A stretch of DNA of 64,000 nucleotides from the human T2T-CHM13v2.0 reference genome, Homo sapiens, in NCBI RefSeq assembly GCF_009914755.1, contig NC_060931.1; one strand, given 5' to 3'. Each line of letters starts with the position of its first letter. Position 1 is the first letter of the stretch. Below, in pieces: positions 34,084-50,994 of the stretch. The notes beneath the pieces were generated by a model. The model had not been told where the DNA came from. It did no database searches and saw nothing but the letters and a program-made list of their open reading frames with translations. The position numbers and the translations under genes are program-made.

Positions 34084-34784
34084 TGTTACTGAAATGCCAG
34101 GGGTTTGGTCTAGGTCAGGGGTGTCCAAGGGAAAACATACAGTCATGGGTTCTTAGTTTTTTTTCTGGTTGGGCCAGTAAAGCCCCTTCCTCATCCCTGG
34201 AGACAGAAACTAAAAACCATGGCTTCAGGCTGTTAAAGGCCTAAAACAAAACAAAATAGAACAACAACAGCAACAACAACAACTAAATAAAGTGGGTTGT
34301 ACAAGCTTGGTCTACATCCTGCTGCTCACTGCACAGAAAGCCAATCACTGAGACAACAGGTATTGCCAAAGAAGAAGGCTTTAATTAGGTGCTATAGCCG
34401 AGGAGATGGGCAATCAGTCTCAAATCCATTCCCCTGACCAACTGAAATAGGGGATTTATATAGCAGGAAAAAGATGTAACTACATGCAAGAAAACAGGAA
34501 TTAAGAAATGATAAGGAAGGGGGAATCCATCAACAGGCAGCAGGTGGTCTGTTAGGCAAACACGACAGGTTAGAGGTCTGGCATCTCATTGTCCAGAGGT
34601 GGGGATCTGGTAAGTTTTGGTTTGTTGACACTGTCCAGGAGGCCTGGTGGTTGGTTTCCTGAGAAAGGAACTCAGATAAGACAACTGTAACTTTCTTAAA
34701 TTTTAAGACTGGGAGGGTCAACTTGTATGCTTATTTAAAAGAGACCAAAAACATCAGTTATATGGGAAAATTGGACTGGTTTCA
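34084..34784 (-). mobile_element. MER4-group (ERV1) solo LTR
   Basis: TG...CA termini with perfect 4-bp TSD AATA. Confidence 0.8.
34116..34309. mobile_element. hAT-Charlie MITE (MER107-like) nested in the LTR
   Basis: Ends caggggtgtccaa / ttgtacaagcttg; 8-bp TSD gtctaggt/gtctacat. Confidence 0.75.
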
Positions 34785-35277
34785 AATACGTCTCTGACCC
34801 CAGAAGGTCTGCCCAGATGAGGCTGTTGGCCCCATCCTTTCCAAACCCCAAAGCCCATCCCTGGACCAGCTCTAGCACCATCACATGTGGAGCTTGAAGG
34901 TACAGGTCCTAAACACACTGCTTCAACAGGGAGGTGGGCCACCTGGGTGAGTTCCTTTCTGCTCTGCCTCAACAGAGATAATAATGACCCTACCTGTGTG
35001 CATTGTTGTAAGCATTCAGTGAGATTGCAAATGGAAAGTGCTCAGTAGCTGCTTGCTGCCTATCATTATTATCCATTTTTCCTGATCGCCTCCTCCACCC
35101 AAGAAATGTTCTTTGCATAGCTTCACTTATACTAATTAACTAGTCCTACTTTTGTGAGATTTTGAAGAGTAGGGTTGTAGGATCCTGGATATTGCTTGCC
35201 CAGTTTGTGAGAGTCAATTCCAGGATGACGAGCTTAGCCATGAGATGCATGGAGAAGCCAGATGCAGGGCATATAAT

Positions 35278-37600
35278 TGAGGGCAGTGATAGGCCATCTG
35301 GAGTGGCCACTGTCATCATGCTGGCCACTGCAGGGAGGGTTTGGGGAGGAAACAGACATTCTCCCTGCAGCCTGCTGCCCTAGGGGCCACCATGATGGGG
35401 CTGGGCCAGGTTGCTCCTGAGCAGGGGAGCAGCGCAGTTGGGCAGAGAGGACCCTTGAGGTGGAGCTGGCCCAGGGCAGTGCTGTACTTGCACATGGAAC
35501 ATAGGGGCTGGGCCCAGTGTGCAGAGCTGGGGCCACACTTCGGGGGCCTGGGGCAAGAAGTGAGAATGGCACCCACTTCAGGGACCTGGCCCACTCCATC
35601 AAAGGTGCTGGGTTCCTGTGCCTTAGGAGGAAGCTCTGTGCAGGGCTGCCTGGGGCTGCTTCCCTGGGATCTACCCCATGTTGGGGTGAGCGCTGAGCCT
35701 GACGCTCCTGATAGCCAGGCCTGGGGCCCATGATCCACTCCACCCTGGGCCTCCTCTGAGCACCGGAGAAACAGGGGAAGCTCATGGCAGTGTTGCCCCT
35801 GCTCCAGACACTGGCCTGGGCCCAGTGAGGACCTGGATCCCCAGCCCCAGGATTCAAGGAGCTGGCAGGAGCCAGGAGCAGGCAGCAGTCCTGCCCTCCT
35901 GGGCACAGCTGCAGCCACCCAAGTTGGGGCTGTGGACCCAGGCCTCCATGTGCTCTTGGGGCCTGGGAAGGCCCCTCTGACCCTTGCAGGCTCAGAAGTT
36001 CCTGCTCCCACTGCCTGTATTCTACCTGCTGTCAGCACCTGCTTCAATCTTGGAGCAATGTGGGGCCAAGCCCGGGCACTGTCACAGCCTGGCTGGGGTT
36101 CTTGGGGCACCACTGACATGCCAGCCCCCCAAGCTGCCTCAGCTCCCTCTGGACTTTGGGCACCAAGAAGCATTGCTGTGGGGAAGCCAAGGTGGGGATT
36201 GAGGGAGGTTTGGTACTAGCCTGCAGGTGTCCCTTGGCATGAACAGCCTGGGCTCCATGGACAGCAGCAGGGGGCAGACAGGCTCCTGGGTGGAAGGCGG
36301 CAGGTCTCCAGTGAGGCCCCACCTTCAGGCCAGGGAGGGTCTGAAGGCTGGGGACTGGGCTGCCAGTCCCCATGGACTGGAGTGGGGGCTGTTGTGCCTT
36401 TTCTGGGCCCACTCATGGCCGCCCATGGACCAATTGGCATGCATTTCCTCCCCTCTGAGGCTCATAAAAGCCCTGGGCTCAGCTAGAGCAGAGCAGAGGG
36501 CAGAAAAATGTCAGGACGACCAGCTGCAGAGAGGAGCTACCCTCCCCAGGGCCTCCTCTCTGCTGAGACTCAAGCAGATGTTGGGATGACCAGCTGCAAA
36601 GAGGAGCTACCCACTCCAGGGCCTCCTCTCTGCTGAGACTCAAACAGATGTTGGGATGACCAGCTGCAGAGAGGAGTAACCCACTCCTTCTCTCTGCTGA
36701 GAGCTGGGAAGATGACAGGACAACCTGCCTGCAGAGAGCGGCAACCTACTCCAGAGCCTCCTCTCTGCTGAGAGCTGGGAAGACAATGGGATGACCTACC
36801 TGTAGAGAGGAGCAACCCACTCTAGGGCCTCCTCTCTGCTGAGAGCTGCAGAAACGATGGGACAACCTGTCTGCAGAGAGGAGCTTCTCACTCCAGAGTC
36901 TCCTCTCTGCTAGGAGCTGAACACTCATTGGGACACCCTGGCTGTGGAAAGGAGCTGCCCACTGTGGGAGGCTGGGCTGTTCTATTGCTCAATAAAGCTC
37001 CTCTCATTTTGCTTACCCTCCACTTGTTGGTGTACCTCATTCTTCTGGTCACAGGACAAGTACTTAGGACCCATTGTATGGCAGGGCTAAAAGAGCTCTA
37101 ACACAAACAAGACTGAAATATGCCCCTTGCTCGCCACATTGTGGGCGAAAAGGAGAGAAGAGCTGCGGACCTTCAGGGAGCCCAGACCTGTGACTCCCTC
37201 TTTGGGGCCCTGTGGTTCCTGGCATCTCCAAGCTTCTAGGTGCCACTTCATTCCCCAGTGCCAGCCAGGGAAGCTGCTTACAGGGCCCCTGGTCCAGCTG
37301 CAGCTTTGCAGAGAGCCAGTGCCCATGCCAGCACCTGGAGCTGCCCATCCTGTGGCAGCAGCCAGCATATCTGACTGTGCAGTGTCCGGACCCCATACTC
37401 ACTCATACACCCCTTGCCGCTCCACACCTGACTTGCAGTCTTCTTGGAGGCATGGGATCCAGGCTGCTGGCATGAGCTGAGTGCAGCCGGTCAGGCCGAG
37501 TGGGCAGAAAGAGCCCCGTGGGCTTGAGCAAAACTCAGCCAAAGGTGCCATGAGCCACAGGTTTCCGACCAGAAAAGTGACACCTCAAGGATCCCATACA
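35278..37600 (+). mobile_element. MER52-family long ERV1 solo LTR
   Basis: Starts tgagggcagtg..ggccatctggagtggccactg and ends gtgacacctcaaggatcccataca; TATA-like cataaaa ~36463, AATAAA at 36991. Confidence 0.8.
36515..36970 (+). repeat. ~70-bp tandem repeat (~6.5 copies) inside MER52
   Basis: Repeated gaccagctgcagagaggagctacccactccagggcctcctctctgctgaga units. Confidence 0.9.
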
Positions 37601-38039
37601 CGATCAAGAGCTTATGGAATGAACCCAGGTGTGAAATGACAAACTGGATTTGACTGTAGACAGAGCAAAAAGAGAGAGAGCAAAACACCAAGAACTGTGC
37701 AATGGAAACGTGGTCAGGACTTCAGGGTTGATACATGTAGAGGATGAATAGGGGAACTGGTTCAGTGCAACGCAACTGATAATAGTGGGCCCTGGATACC
37801 GGAGAAGTCTGAAGTGCCCTCTGCTTTCTAAGGGACATGTTAATCAGCATATGTTCAGTGGAGTTTCAGTTATTAAGTGTAACTTATCTCCTTTCTTTGA
37901 AAATTGCTAGGCCTTGTGTACTGAAGAGGAGGAGGCTTTACTGAGGGAATGACAAGGTGCTCCCTCAAGCAGATCCAATTCTATTTCCAAAATATGTTGT
38001 GCAAACTCAATAGAAATGAAAATATTACTAATTATCTAG

Positions 38040-40125
<2,086 letters not shown>

Positions 40126-40589
40126 ATTTTCATTCTTCTTACCTCAGCCAAAGCTATGTATAACTGAAATCTCTTACTTAATTCATCTTGCCTACTGTTC
40201 CTCTTCTACAAAAAATTTTACAGTTCAGATAAATTGGTTTACTCACATTCCAGCAAATAAAGCTTACATTTTCAATTCAACAACTTCTATTTATTGTCTA
40301 CCATGTAAGGCACATGAGGTCATTTTGAGGAACAAATTGGAGGATGGAAGGAAGGCAAAGAGATTTTTAAAAAATCCTATTCCCTGGAAATCCAATTCCC
40401 TGGAGAAAAGGTTTCCAAATTCCTTTAGAACAAGTCAACTTATTTCAGAGCCAGAGATTATGGGAAAAATTAAACATTGATCATTTTAAGTGTTGGTGAG
40501 GATTTGGGGAAATGGAAATTCTTATAACAGTGCAGTTGAAAGTATAATTTAATATACTTTGAATAATTATAAGGTAGAATTAAATCAAA

Positions 40590-41385
40590 GTTATACGAGG
40601 TAATTTTTGTTTTTTAATGAAGTCTTACTCTGTCATCCAGGCTGGTGTGCAGTGGCATGATCTTGGCTCACTGCAAATTCTGTCACCTGGGTTCAAGTGA
40701 TTCTCCTGCTTCAGCCTCCTGAGTAGCTGGGATTACAGGGATGCACCACCACACCTGGCTAATTTTTGTATTTTTAGTAGAGACGGGGTTTCACCATGTT
40801 GGTCAAGCTGGTCTTGAACTCCTGATCTCAAGTGATCTGCCTGCCTCGACCTCCCAAACTGCTGGGATTATGGGCATGAGCCATCACACCCGACAGGAAG
40901 TAATTGTTTTTGACTAAGCTCTGCACTAGGCCCCAACAGGACAGACTAAAAATCAATCAAAATGGAGTCACCAAACCAAAAAAATAAAAATTGAGTCACG
41001 AAACCCAAACTCAGTTGTTATCTGATCTTCGCAAACCAGCTTAATCTTCAATTGGCATGATAATGTAATTCCCTCTGCCTCAATCTTTATGCAGGAGAAG
41101 TAGCCTGAAGTAACCTGATGTTAACTAATCAGCTATTTTCTCTGATCTGTCTCCCTGTCCCTGCCTTATAGGAAAAGTAGCTTTGAAACAACGAATACAC
41201 TATTTGTTCTTTGCTTCTGCTTTCTGCAGCTCTTCTCTGCCTACAACCTCTTCTCTGCCTATAACATCTTCTGCTCAACTCATTAGAAGATTTATTCTAT
41301 TTTATGGAATGAAGTGTTGCCTGATTCTAGAATTGCAATAAACCCAATACAATTTTTAAATGTGTTGTAATTTTGTTCTTTGACA
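40590..41385 (+). mobile_element. MER34-like ERV1 LTR, interrupted by AluSx (40605-40895, -)
   Basis: ctgcactaggccccaacag...aaaatggagtcac...aataaa...ttttgttctttgaca. Confidence 0.7.
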
Positions 41386-41448
41386 GTAGTATGTAGAAAA
41401 TCTAAAAACTGCATGTCTTGTACTCTAACACTATAGCTTCTATGTATA

Positions 41449-42745
41449 TGAGGGGACTTCAAAAAGTTCCTGGAAAAATGGAATTAAAAGATAAAAATTT
41501 TTAAAATAAACTTTATTTCTCAATATCAGCTCCATCAAATTCAAGACACTTTTGTAAGACACTTTTGTAAGCCATTCATTCCATCGTTAAGAACTGAGGG
41601 TCCTGGGAATCTAACCATGTCAATGCAGTCTTTTTCACATTATTAAATGAAGAAAGATGGGTGTCCTTTAAAGATCTTAAAGATCTTCCTAAACATTAGG
41701 AAACAAAACGAAGTCAGAAGGAGCCAAATCAGTTCTGTAAGGTGAATGCCTAATGATCTCTCACAGAAACTCCACAAAATTGCCCTTGTTTAATAAGAGG
41801 AAGGAGCAGGAGCATTGTCGTGGTGAGGAAGGACTCTGGTGAAGGTTTCCTGGGTGCTTTTTTACTAAAGCTTTGGCTAACTTTTTCAAAATACACTCAT
41901 AATAAAATGATATTGTTCTTTGGCTTTCCAAAAAGTCAACAAGCAAAATGCCTTGAGCATCCAAAAAAACTGTTGCCATGACATTTGCTCTTGACCAGTC
42001 TGCTTTTGCTGTGACTGGACCACTTTCACCTCTTGGTAGCCACTGCTTTGATTGTGCTTTGTCTTCAGGATTGTACTGGCAAAGGCATGTTTCATCTCCT
42101 GTTACCATCATTCAAAGAAATGCTTCAGAATCTTGATCCTAATTGTTTAAAATTTCCATTGAAAGCTCTGCTCTTGTCTGTAGCTGATCTGGTTGCAATA
42201 GTTTTGGCACTGATTGAGTGGAAAGTTTGCTCAACTTTGATTTTTCCATCAGGATTGTGTAAGCTGAATCAATTGAGATGCCCACGGCTGTTGTTTCTGC
42301 TGTTATTGTTGGTCCCCTTCAATTAGGGCACAAACAAGATGAACGTTATCCTCATAAATTAAAGTGGATGGTCTGCCACTGCAGGCTTCATCTTCAGTAT
42401 CATTTGGTACCTTCTTAAAATGAGTTATCCATTTGTAAACTGTTGATTTTCCCATTGTTGCCATAAACTTTTTGTAAAGGTTCAATGATTTCACCATTCT
42501 TCCACCCAAGCTTCACTACAAACTTGATGTTTGTTCTTGCTTCAATTTTAGCAGAATTAATGTTGCCCTGATAGGGTCTCTTTTAAAACTGATGTCTTAT
42601 CCTTCTTAGTGCCTCAAACTAGATCCTGTTCAGATATGTTATAACAAGTTAGTGCAAGTTTATTTTGGTGCAAAAAATTTTTGAAATTTATGTATAGCTT
42701 TTTTTGTAATAATACATTGTCCATGAACTTTTTGTAGGCCCCTCA
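41449..42745 (-). mobile_element. Full-length decayed Hsmar2 mariner DNA transposon
   Basis: ~31-bp TIRs (tgaggggacttcaaaaagttcctggaaaaatg / cattgtccatgaactttttgtaggcccctca), TA on both flanks, 1297 bp. Minus-strand transposase motifs TGDET, HHDNAPA and PYRTDLAPSDF, with frameshifts and stops. Confidence 0.92.
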
Positions 42746-42919
42746 TATATACACATTTAGCCAGACAGTGTTTTTCTAACCATAGGTCATGGACTATTAG
42801 GCTTTGGACATCCTCCAAGGTGTCTTCTGATGTTAACAAGTGGGTCAGCTAAACAGTCTGACTCACAAGACTGTCATAGCCATATATGGCATTAAATTCA
42901 AGTAGAAGGATATGGGACA

Positions 42920-43277
42920 GTGACATGGTCTGAATGTTTGAGTTCTCCCAAAATTCATATGTTGAAGCCTAACCCCCAAGGTGATGATGCTGGGAGGTAG
43001 GGCCTTTGGGAGAGACTAGGCAGAGCTCTCATGAATGCGATTAGTGCCCTTATAAAAGAGGCCACAGAGAGACCTCTCACCCCTTCCATCACATGAAGAC
43101 TCAGAGAGAAGACGCGATCTGTGAATTAGGAAGTGGGCCCTCACCAGACAACAAATCTGCCAATGCCTTGATCTTATACTTCTCAGCTTCCAGAACTGTG
43201 ATAAATATGTTCCTGTTGTTTATAAATTCCTCAGTTTAAGGTATTTTTGTTATAGCAGCCCAAATTTCCTGAAACAG
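42920..43277 (+). mobile_element. MLT1A-type LTR
   Basis: atggtctgaatgtttg...ccccaaaattcatatgttgaagcctaacccccaagg...gttatagcagccc. Confidence 0.85.
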
Positions 43278-43801
43278 ACCACAGGGCAGTGTGGAGTATT
43301 CTTCCACAGTAGCAATCATTACAGCAGTCTATGGAGACATCCACACTGTCCTCCAGGTGTTCTCCTGTATCCTGCACCCCAGGTGATGTGGCACAGGTTC
43401 AAGGAAATGAGACTCACATCAGATGGGTTCAAGAGCCGTCCTGACTTGGAAGTCTCATGACCTACACAGGCATAGCTCTTGTAAGAATACCATAGCTTCC
43501 TAGTATCTGCGCAGTACATACTTAATTGTAAAAGTTAGTACATGCAGGGACATCTGATGTGTGGAGTCCCCATTAGGTCTCTATAATATACTTATAGTTC
43601 CTCCTAGCCCAGGTGCAATTTATCAGCCAGGGGTTATTGAATCATAAACAATGTCCCTTAATAACAAAGCTCACATTCTACCTTCATCAGGTTTCAAAAG
43701 GAAAGGTCTAGAAAGTTAAACAATGGTTACATTCTTATGCAGAAGGAGAAAGGGTTGCGTTAACCATTTACTCGCAGACTTGAAATCGGTGGGGTGGTTC
43801 T

Positions 43802-44203
43802 TACTATGGTTAAATGACCCCTCCAAAACTCGTGTTGAAATGCCATTGCCATTGTAACAATATAGAGAGTGGGACTGTTACCAGGTGATTAGGCCACGAG
43901 GGCTCTACTCTCATCAATGAGTTAACGTCATTGTTGCGGGAGTGGGTTTGTTATTGCAAGAGTAGGTTGTTATAAGAGTGAGTTCAGCCCACTCCTTCTC
44001 TCTCGCACTCACTTGCCCTTCCACCCTCCGTCATGGGACGACACAGCATGAAGGCCCTTGCCAGGTGCCGAGAAGATGCTGGTGGTATTTCTTAGACTTC
44101 TTAGGCTCTAGAAACATGAACCAAATCAATCTCTTTTCTCTACAAATTACCCACTCTATGGTATGTTATAAATTATCTAGTCTGTGGTAAACAGACTAAG
44201 ACA
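43802..44203 (+). mobile_element. MST-type MaLR LTR
   Basis: ccaaaactcgtgttgaaat...gtgattaggccacgagggctc...aacagactaagaca. Confidence 0.8.
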
Positions 44204-44279
44204 GTTGTCAAGTAGCATTTTTTAAAGAAGATGTAATTGAATAAAAATAATCAGAGTGTACTGCATGTAATAAGGGTAA

Positions 44280-44616
<337 letters not shown>

Positions 44617-44743
44617 TTCACTTTTTCTAATGGAACAATTTGCATTCATTCTTAATCCTGGGATAGGGAGGGTTATGATGCATGCAGGACATTTGGTATA
44701 TGATAAAGGTGGCATCTTAAATCAATGGAGAAAAGTTGGTCTA

Positions 44744-45391
<648 letters not shown>

Positions 45392-45488
45392 CTATCTGGG
45401 TAAAAGCAAAGTTTGATCCATATCTCACACAGTTCACCAGGATGAATTCCAGATGAATCAAAGATTGTAGTGTAAAAAATGAAACCAC

Positions 45489-46129
45489 TGATAGGGGAGT
45501 TAAGAAGACATTATTCAGGCAGATAGTGAGGGTATGGGAGTCCTCAGTAAGGTTTTCCTTTTAATGAAAAACAGCCCTAAAATCATTTTCTTTTCTAACA
45601 AAGAGCGGCCTGGAAAATTGAGCTGCAGACATAGACAAGTAAGCTGGAAGCTTGCACAGGTGAATGCTGGCAGTTGTGCCAATAGGGAAAAGGTACCTGG
45701 GACTAGGCATGTTCAAAATGACAGTTCCATCTTTCCCTGTCTTTGCCAAACCACGTGTACAGCAAGGAGAAGACAATATGGAGCTGGCCAGGCAAAGACT
45801 CCATTTGCATAATAAGATTAGGGTGGGACAACCAGCCTTCCCCGCATGCTATGTAATTGTCACACCTCGTTGAACCAATCTGTGGGCTCTATATAAATCA
45901 GACACCACTCCTCAAGCCTGCCTATAAAATCTGGTGTTATACGCCACAGGCTGGTTTTTTCCTTTCAGGAGCCTCTCTTTCTCTCCAGGGAGAGAGAGGG
46001 GCTTTTTCTTTCTTTTGCCTGTTAAACCTCTGCTCCTATACTCACTCCTTGTGTGTGTCCGTGTCCTCAATCTTCTTGATGTGAGACGATGAATCCCAGG
46101 TATTTACCACAGACAACTATGCCGCTTCA
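45489..46129 (+). mobile_element. MER50-like ERV1 solo LTR inserted in an old + strand L1 (~44680-46990)
   Basis: tgataggggagttaagaag...ggcagatagtgagggtatgggagtcctc...gccgcttca; perfect TSD CCAC; TATA-like ctataaaa ~45922. Confidence 0.85.
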
Positions 46130-46638
46130 CCACAAATATTCTAGAAGAAGAGAAGAAAGACTTTTTTTTTAACTTAGACAATATCCAGAAGCCGTAAAAC
46201 AAAACAAAAGATAAATTTTACATTTTGAAAAATCCGTGTTTAAAAATTATAAGCAAAGGCAAAAGACAAATGGCAAAATGGGGGGAAATATTGCCAACTT
46301 ACATTATAGATAAATCTCTTTAATATGTAAAGAGCTCTTATAATTCAATAAGACAAAAACAAAATAGAAAACTGGGCAAAGACTAAGAAAATATGATTCA
46401 CTGAAAAGGAAATAGAAATAATTCATAAACATGAAAAATTACTTAACTTCACTCATAAGGAGATAAATATAAATTAAAACTACACCAAGATACTACTTTT
46501 TACTTATCAAGCTGGAAAAAATTTGATAACATGCTGTAATGACAAGGAAATATGGAAAAAGCACCCTCACGCATTACTTGTAGGAGGTTAAATTGGTACA
46601 TTTCCTTGAAGGGCAATATCTATCAAAATCACAATGTA

Positions 46639-46938
46639 GGCCGAGCATGGTGGCTCATGCCTGTAATCCCAGCACTTTAGGAGACTGAGGCAGGCGGATC
46701 ACTTGAGGTCAGGAGTTCAAGACCAGCCTGGCCAACATGGTGAAACTCCATCTCTACTAAAAATACAAAAATTAGCCAGGCATGGTGGTGGGTGCCTGTA
46801 GTCCTAGCTAATTGGGAGGCTGAGGCAGGAAATTGCTTGAACCTGGGAGGCAGAGGTTGCAGTGAGCCGAGATCACACCATTGCCCTCCAGCCTGGGGGA
46901 CAAGTGCTAGACTCCGTCTCCAAAAAAAGAAGAAAAAA
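46639..46938 (+). mobile_element. AluS
   Basis: Alu consensus, TSD aaaatcacaatgta. Confidence 0.9.
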
Positions 46939-46960
46939 ATCACAATGTACATACTCCTGA

Positions 46961-47348
<388 letters not shown>

Positions 47349-47393
47349 TGAGATGAAGAATTCTTCCTAATTTGTTTGTTTTTGTTGCTATGG

Positions 47394-50300
47394 TGTGATA
47401 TTGTGAAATACATATTTGGTCTTTGTCCCCATTTCCTGGTATACAACTCCTAAAATCCTTGGAATCTCCAAAGTGATGTATTTTTATGGTAATGAGTTGG
47501 CTGACGGCTGGCAGCTCCTAGTAGCATCAGGATAGGGCTGGTCACAGGAAACACCAAGGCCTAATTAAAAAGTTGAGACTTTACAGCCCCACTTCCCCAG
47601 TCTTGGGGGAAGGCAACAGGACTGGAGGCGAAGTTGATCACCAAAGGCCAACGATTTAATCAATCATGACTGTGTAATGCAGTTTCTCTAAAAACCCAAC
47701 AGAACCAGGTTCAGAGTGTCCAGATAGCTGAACACATGAAGGTTCCTGAAGGGTGGAGGGCCCAGAGAGGTCAAGGAAGCACTGTACCCCTTCCCACATT
47801 TCTTATCCAATCCATCTGGTCGTCTGGTGTTCATCAGTATCCATGTAATATCCTTTATAATAAATCAGCAAATGTAAGTGTGTGTCTCCCTGAGTTCTGT
47901 GAGATGCTCTAGCAAAATAATTAAACCTAAGGAGGGGGTTGTGGGAACCTCAGTTTAGAGCCGCTTGGTCAGAAGCACAGGTAAAACAACCTGGGGCTTG
48001 TGAACTGGCATTATAAATGATGGGGGCAGTCTTGGAGTCTGAGCCCTCAACTCGTGGGATCTGATGCCATCTCCAGGTAGATAAGTGCAAGAATTGAATG
48101 AATTAGGGGACAGCCAACTGGTGTCTCCTGCAGAACTGACTGCTTGATTGGTGTGGTCACAGACGTCTTCTGTGTTGATTGTTGAGAGAGGCTCTAGGAG
48201 AAACTGAATTTGTTTTTTCCCTATATTCTCAGAATTGGTGTCAAAAATAGGACTTGGTGTTCACAGAAACATGTGGTTTGGGAAGAAAAAGGATAAAAGG
48301 GTGGGGGATGAGGAAGCTTTGATTCCTGGATGGCTCCATAAGCGTGGAGTAGCAGCTGTGCTGCAATAAGCTACCAAAGATAAAAGTTAGCAAAACACAG
48401 GGATGGATCTAACTTCCAGGGAGTTGGTTCACTGGGAGCATAAAGAAATGCAAGCTAGTCAGGCATGGTGGCATGCACTTGTAGTTCCAGCTACTAGGGA
48501 GTCTGAGGTGAGAGGACCTCTGGAGTCCAGGAGTTCAAGGCCGCAGTGAGCCATGCTCATGGCACTGCACTCCAGCCTGGGCAACAGAGTGAGACCTTGT
48601 CCGGAAAGAAAAAAGAAAAGAGGCCGGGCGTGGTGGCTCATGCCTGTAATCCCAGCACTTTGGGAGGCCGAGGCGGGCGGATCATGAGGTCAGGAGATCG
48701 ACACCATCCTGGCTAACATGGTGAGACCCCGTCTCTACTAAAACTACAAAAAATTAGCCAGGTGTGGTGGCGGGCACCTGTAGTCCCACCTACTCAGGAG
48801 GCTGAGGCAGGAGAATCGCTTGAGCCCAAGAGGCAGAGGTTTCAGTGAACCAAGATCACGCCACTGCACTCCAGCCTGGTGACAGAGTGAGACTCCGTTT
48901 CAAAAAAAAAAAAGAAAAGAAAAAAGAAAAGAAAGAGACAGAGGAAAGGGGGGAGAAAAAAATGCAAGCTAATAAGAAAATGACAAATACTCATTTCCTA
49001 GGTAATTATTATCTGAAACAGCTAAAATGAAATTAAAAGAGAGTGCTGGCGGGGACCTTGATACTAAATCAAGCTCACATTTTAGTTGAGTCTGAGGTCT
49101 GGCCACCAGCCTCAAAGCTACTTCCAAAGGGAAAATTATTCAGGGACAACCGAAAGTACCTCTAAGGCCTGTGGTTACTAAGGTAGTCAATGTGGGGGAA
49201 AAGCAAAACCAAGAAACTACTGAAACCAGAAGGTATAGTGTGGAGGAATTGCTTCGTGTTGTGGATTGGCATCACCGGCTTCCTGAAGAACATTTACTAA
49301 AATGGATTGTGAGAGTAACTAATTTGGGGGCACTTTCTTTAGTTTTCAATGATGCCGGGTGGAAGAGCATTTTGAGTTGATGCCGAACCCACAGCTCACT
49401 ATAGAACAATCACAGATGGTTGTATGGGATGCAGACACACAGCAGGTTATTCCCAATGGAATACAGCTTGCTGGACTGGATAAAAGCCACTGTAAGTTCT
49501 GCTTACCCTGTAAAGAGGAATTGTTCGATTCTCCCTAAAACCACCTTTGCAAAATTATAAGAGTAAGAGAAATCTGACGTAGTTGACTCCATCTTGCTTC
49601 TGACTTCCAAGCTGTCCTCAGTCATTCCTGGGTGTAGGCCAAGCTAATTTTGGGAAGAATTTAGTTTACAGTTTAACCTTAAAGCAAGGATGATAATGGG
49701 CCTTTCCAAAATTAAGCCACCTTTCTAAAACTAATGAAAGACTACCAGGTTAGGTTTATGAGATGGGCTTGAATTCTGCTAAGATGTAGGCATAGTTAAA
49801 CGATAGCCAGGCATTGTTCTCAGGTCACATGATTTGTAACTTCCCCAATTACTCCTATAGCTAACATCACTATTATAGAACCTCAGATTGGTCTTTTGAG
49901 ATATTTTTCAGACTTTTGCATTCTAGCAATTGACTAACCTCACCCAGAAGTGGACTTGTGACTCATGACCCAGCCTGTCCTGTGGCCCCACCCAAAGGTG
50001 GGCTCAGCATGCCCCAATGATTGTATCCCCCAGCAATCAGCAGCATCCATTTCCTAGCCCCTTGCCCACCAAACTATCCTTGAAAACCCCTAACCTCTAA
50101 ACCTTCAGGGAGACTAATCTGAGTGATCACTCTGTCTCTCCAGGTGGCATGGCTGGCCTTGCATCGATAAATCTCTTTCTTTACTGCAGTGCCGCTGTCT
50201 CAGTGAATTGATTTTGTCTGGAGATTACAGGTCCTATAAATGCCAAGTGAAACACCCCGGATGAAGCAGCTCATATGCTTCATATGCGTGTGATGTGGAA

Positions 50301-50800
50301 CTGGCTTTTTGATGACTGGGATGTTCACTTGCTGAAGAGGCCCATTACTCAGGTCATGGTAAATGCTGTGGTTAAGGGGCCCCTTTTAATGTGGATGCTC
50401 CATATAACTTTATTGATGAAAACCAAAAGACAGTTTAGGAAGTTTTATCCAAATTGCTCTCTTGGCTTCCCCTCATGGGTCTTACAGATGCTGATAAAAA
50501 ACATTAGGTTAATTAATAAGAGACTGGGGAAAGGCAAAAGGGAGAGTCAAAGGGACTCATCTCAGTTGACCAAGAAAAAGCTGGCAGGTTTGTGGATGGC
50601 AGTTCCAAGGTGAATGAACAACATCCTATTTGGAAAGATGCCATTCTGATCCAAGAAGGTGAAAACATGGGCAGCTCTGTGGGCTGAATCCCATGCTATT
50701 TTCCTAGCAGCAGTGGAAGAATTGAAGGGTGGTCAAAGCCCCTGTGTGTGTGGTTTTCCTGACTCTCAGGCAGTGGCCAAGAGCCTGGCATGGGTATTGT
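47394..50800 (+). mobile_element. MER21-like LTR (~47394-48235) plus internal sequence, interrupted by Alu monomer + AluSc (48458-48930) and an LTR8-like element
   Basis: tgtgatattgtgaaatacatatttggtctttgtcccc...; decayed gag/pol-like downstream sequence. Confidence 0.7.
49536..50229 (+). mobile_element. LTR8-family (ERV1) solo LTR
   Basis: aaaccacctttgcaaaattat...gactccatcttgcttctgacttccaagctgtcc; AP-1 TGACTCA at 49959-49965. Confidence 0.75.
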
Positions 50801-50994
50801 GGTGATAAAGAATCAAGGAACTTCTACTTAACCAACTTTACTTCTGTTGGAGTAAAATCAGAAACTCCTTAAACACCCTCTGCACGATAGCAAAATTTAA
50901 TGCTGAGTATTATCGATTCCTGTTAGAAGAGTGAAAAGTAACAGGTAGTTTTGGCAGCTCCTCTTTATTGATAGTTGCTTTGATCAGAATGATA

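Noticed and set aside
35234-36589. 207-285 aa ORFs
   Set aside because: Inside a GC-rich MER52 LTR; no recognisable domain.
36515-36970. CRISPR-like regularly spaced repeats
   Set aside because: The whole unit is repeated with no unique spacers; eukaryotic LTR context and no cas genes.
41761-42509. Functional or domesticated mariner transposase (SETMAR-like)
   Set aside because: Fragmented by frameshifts and stops; no fused exon evident.
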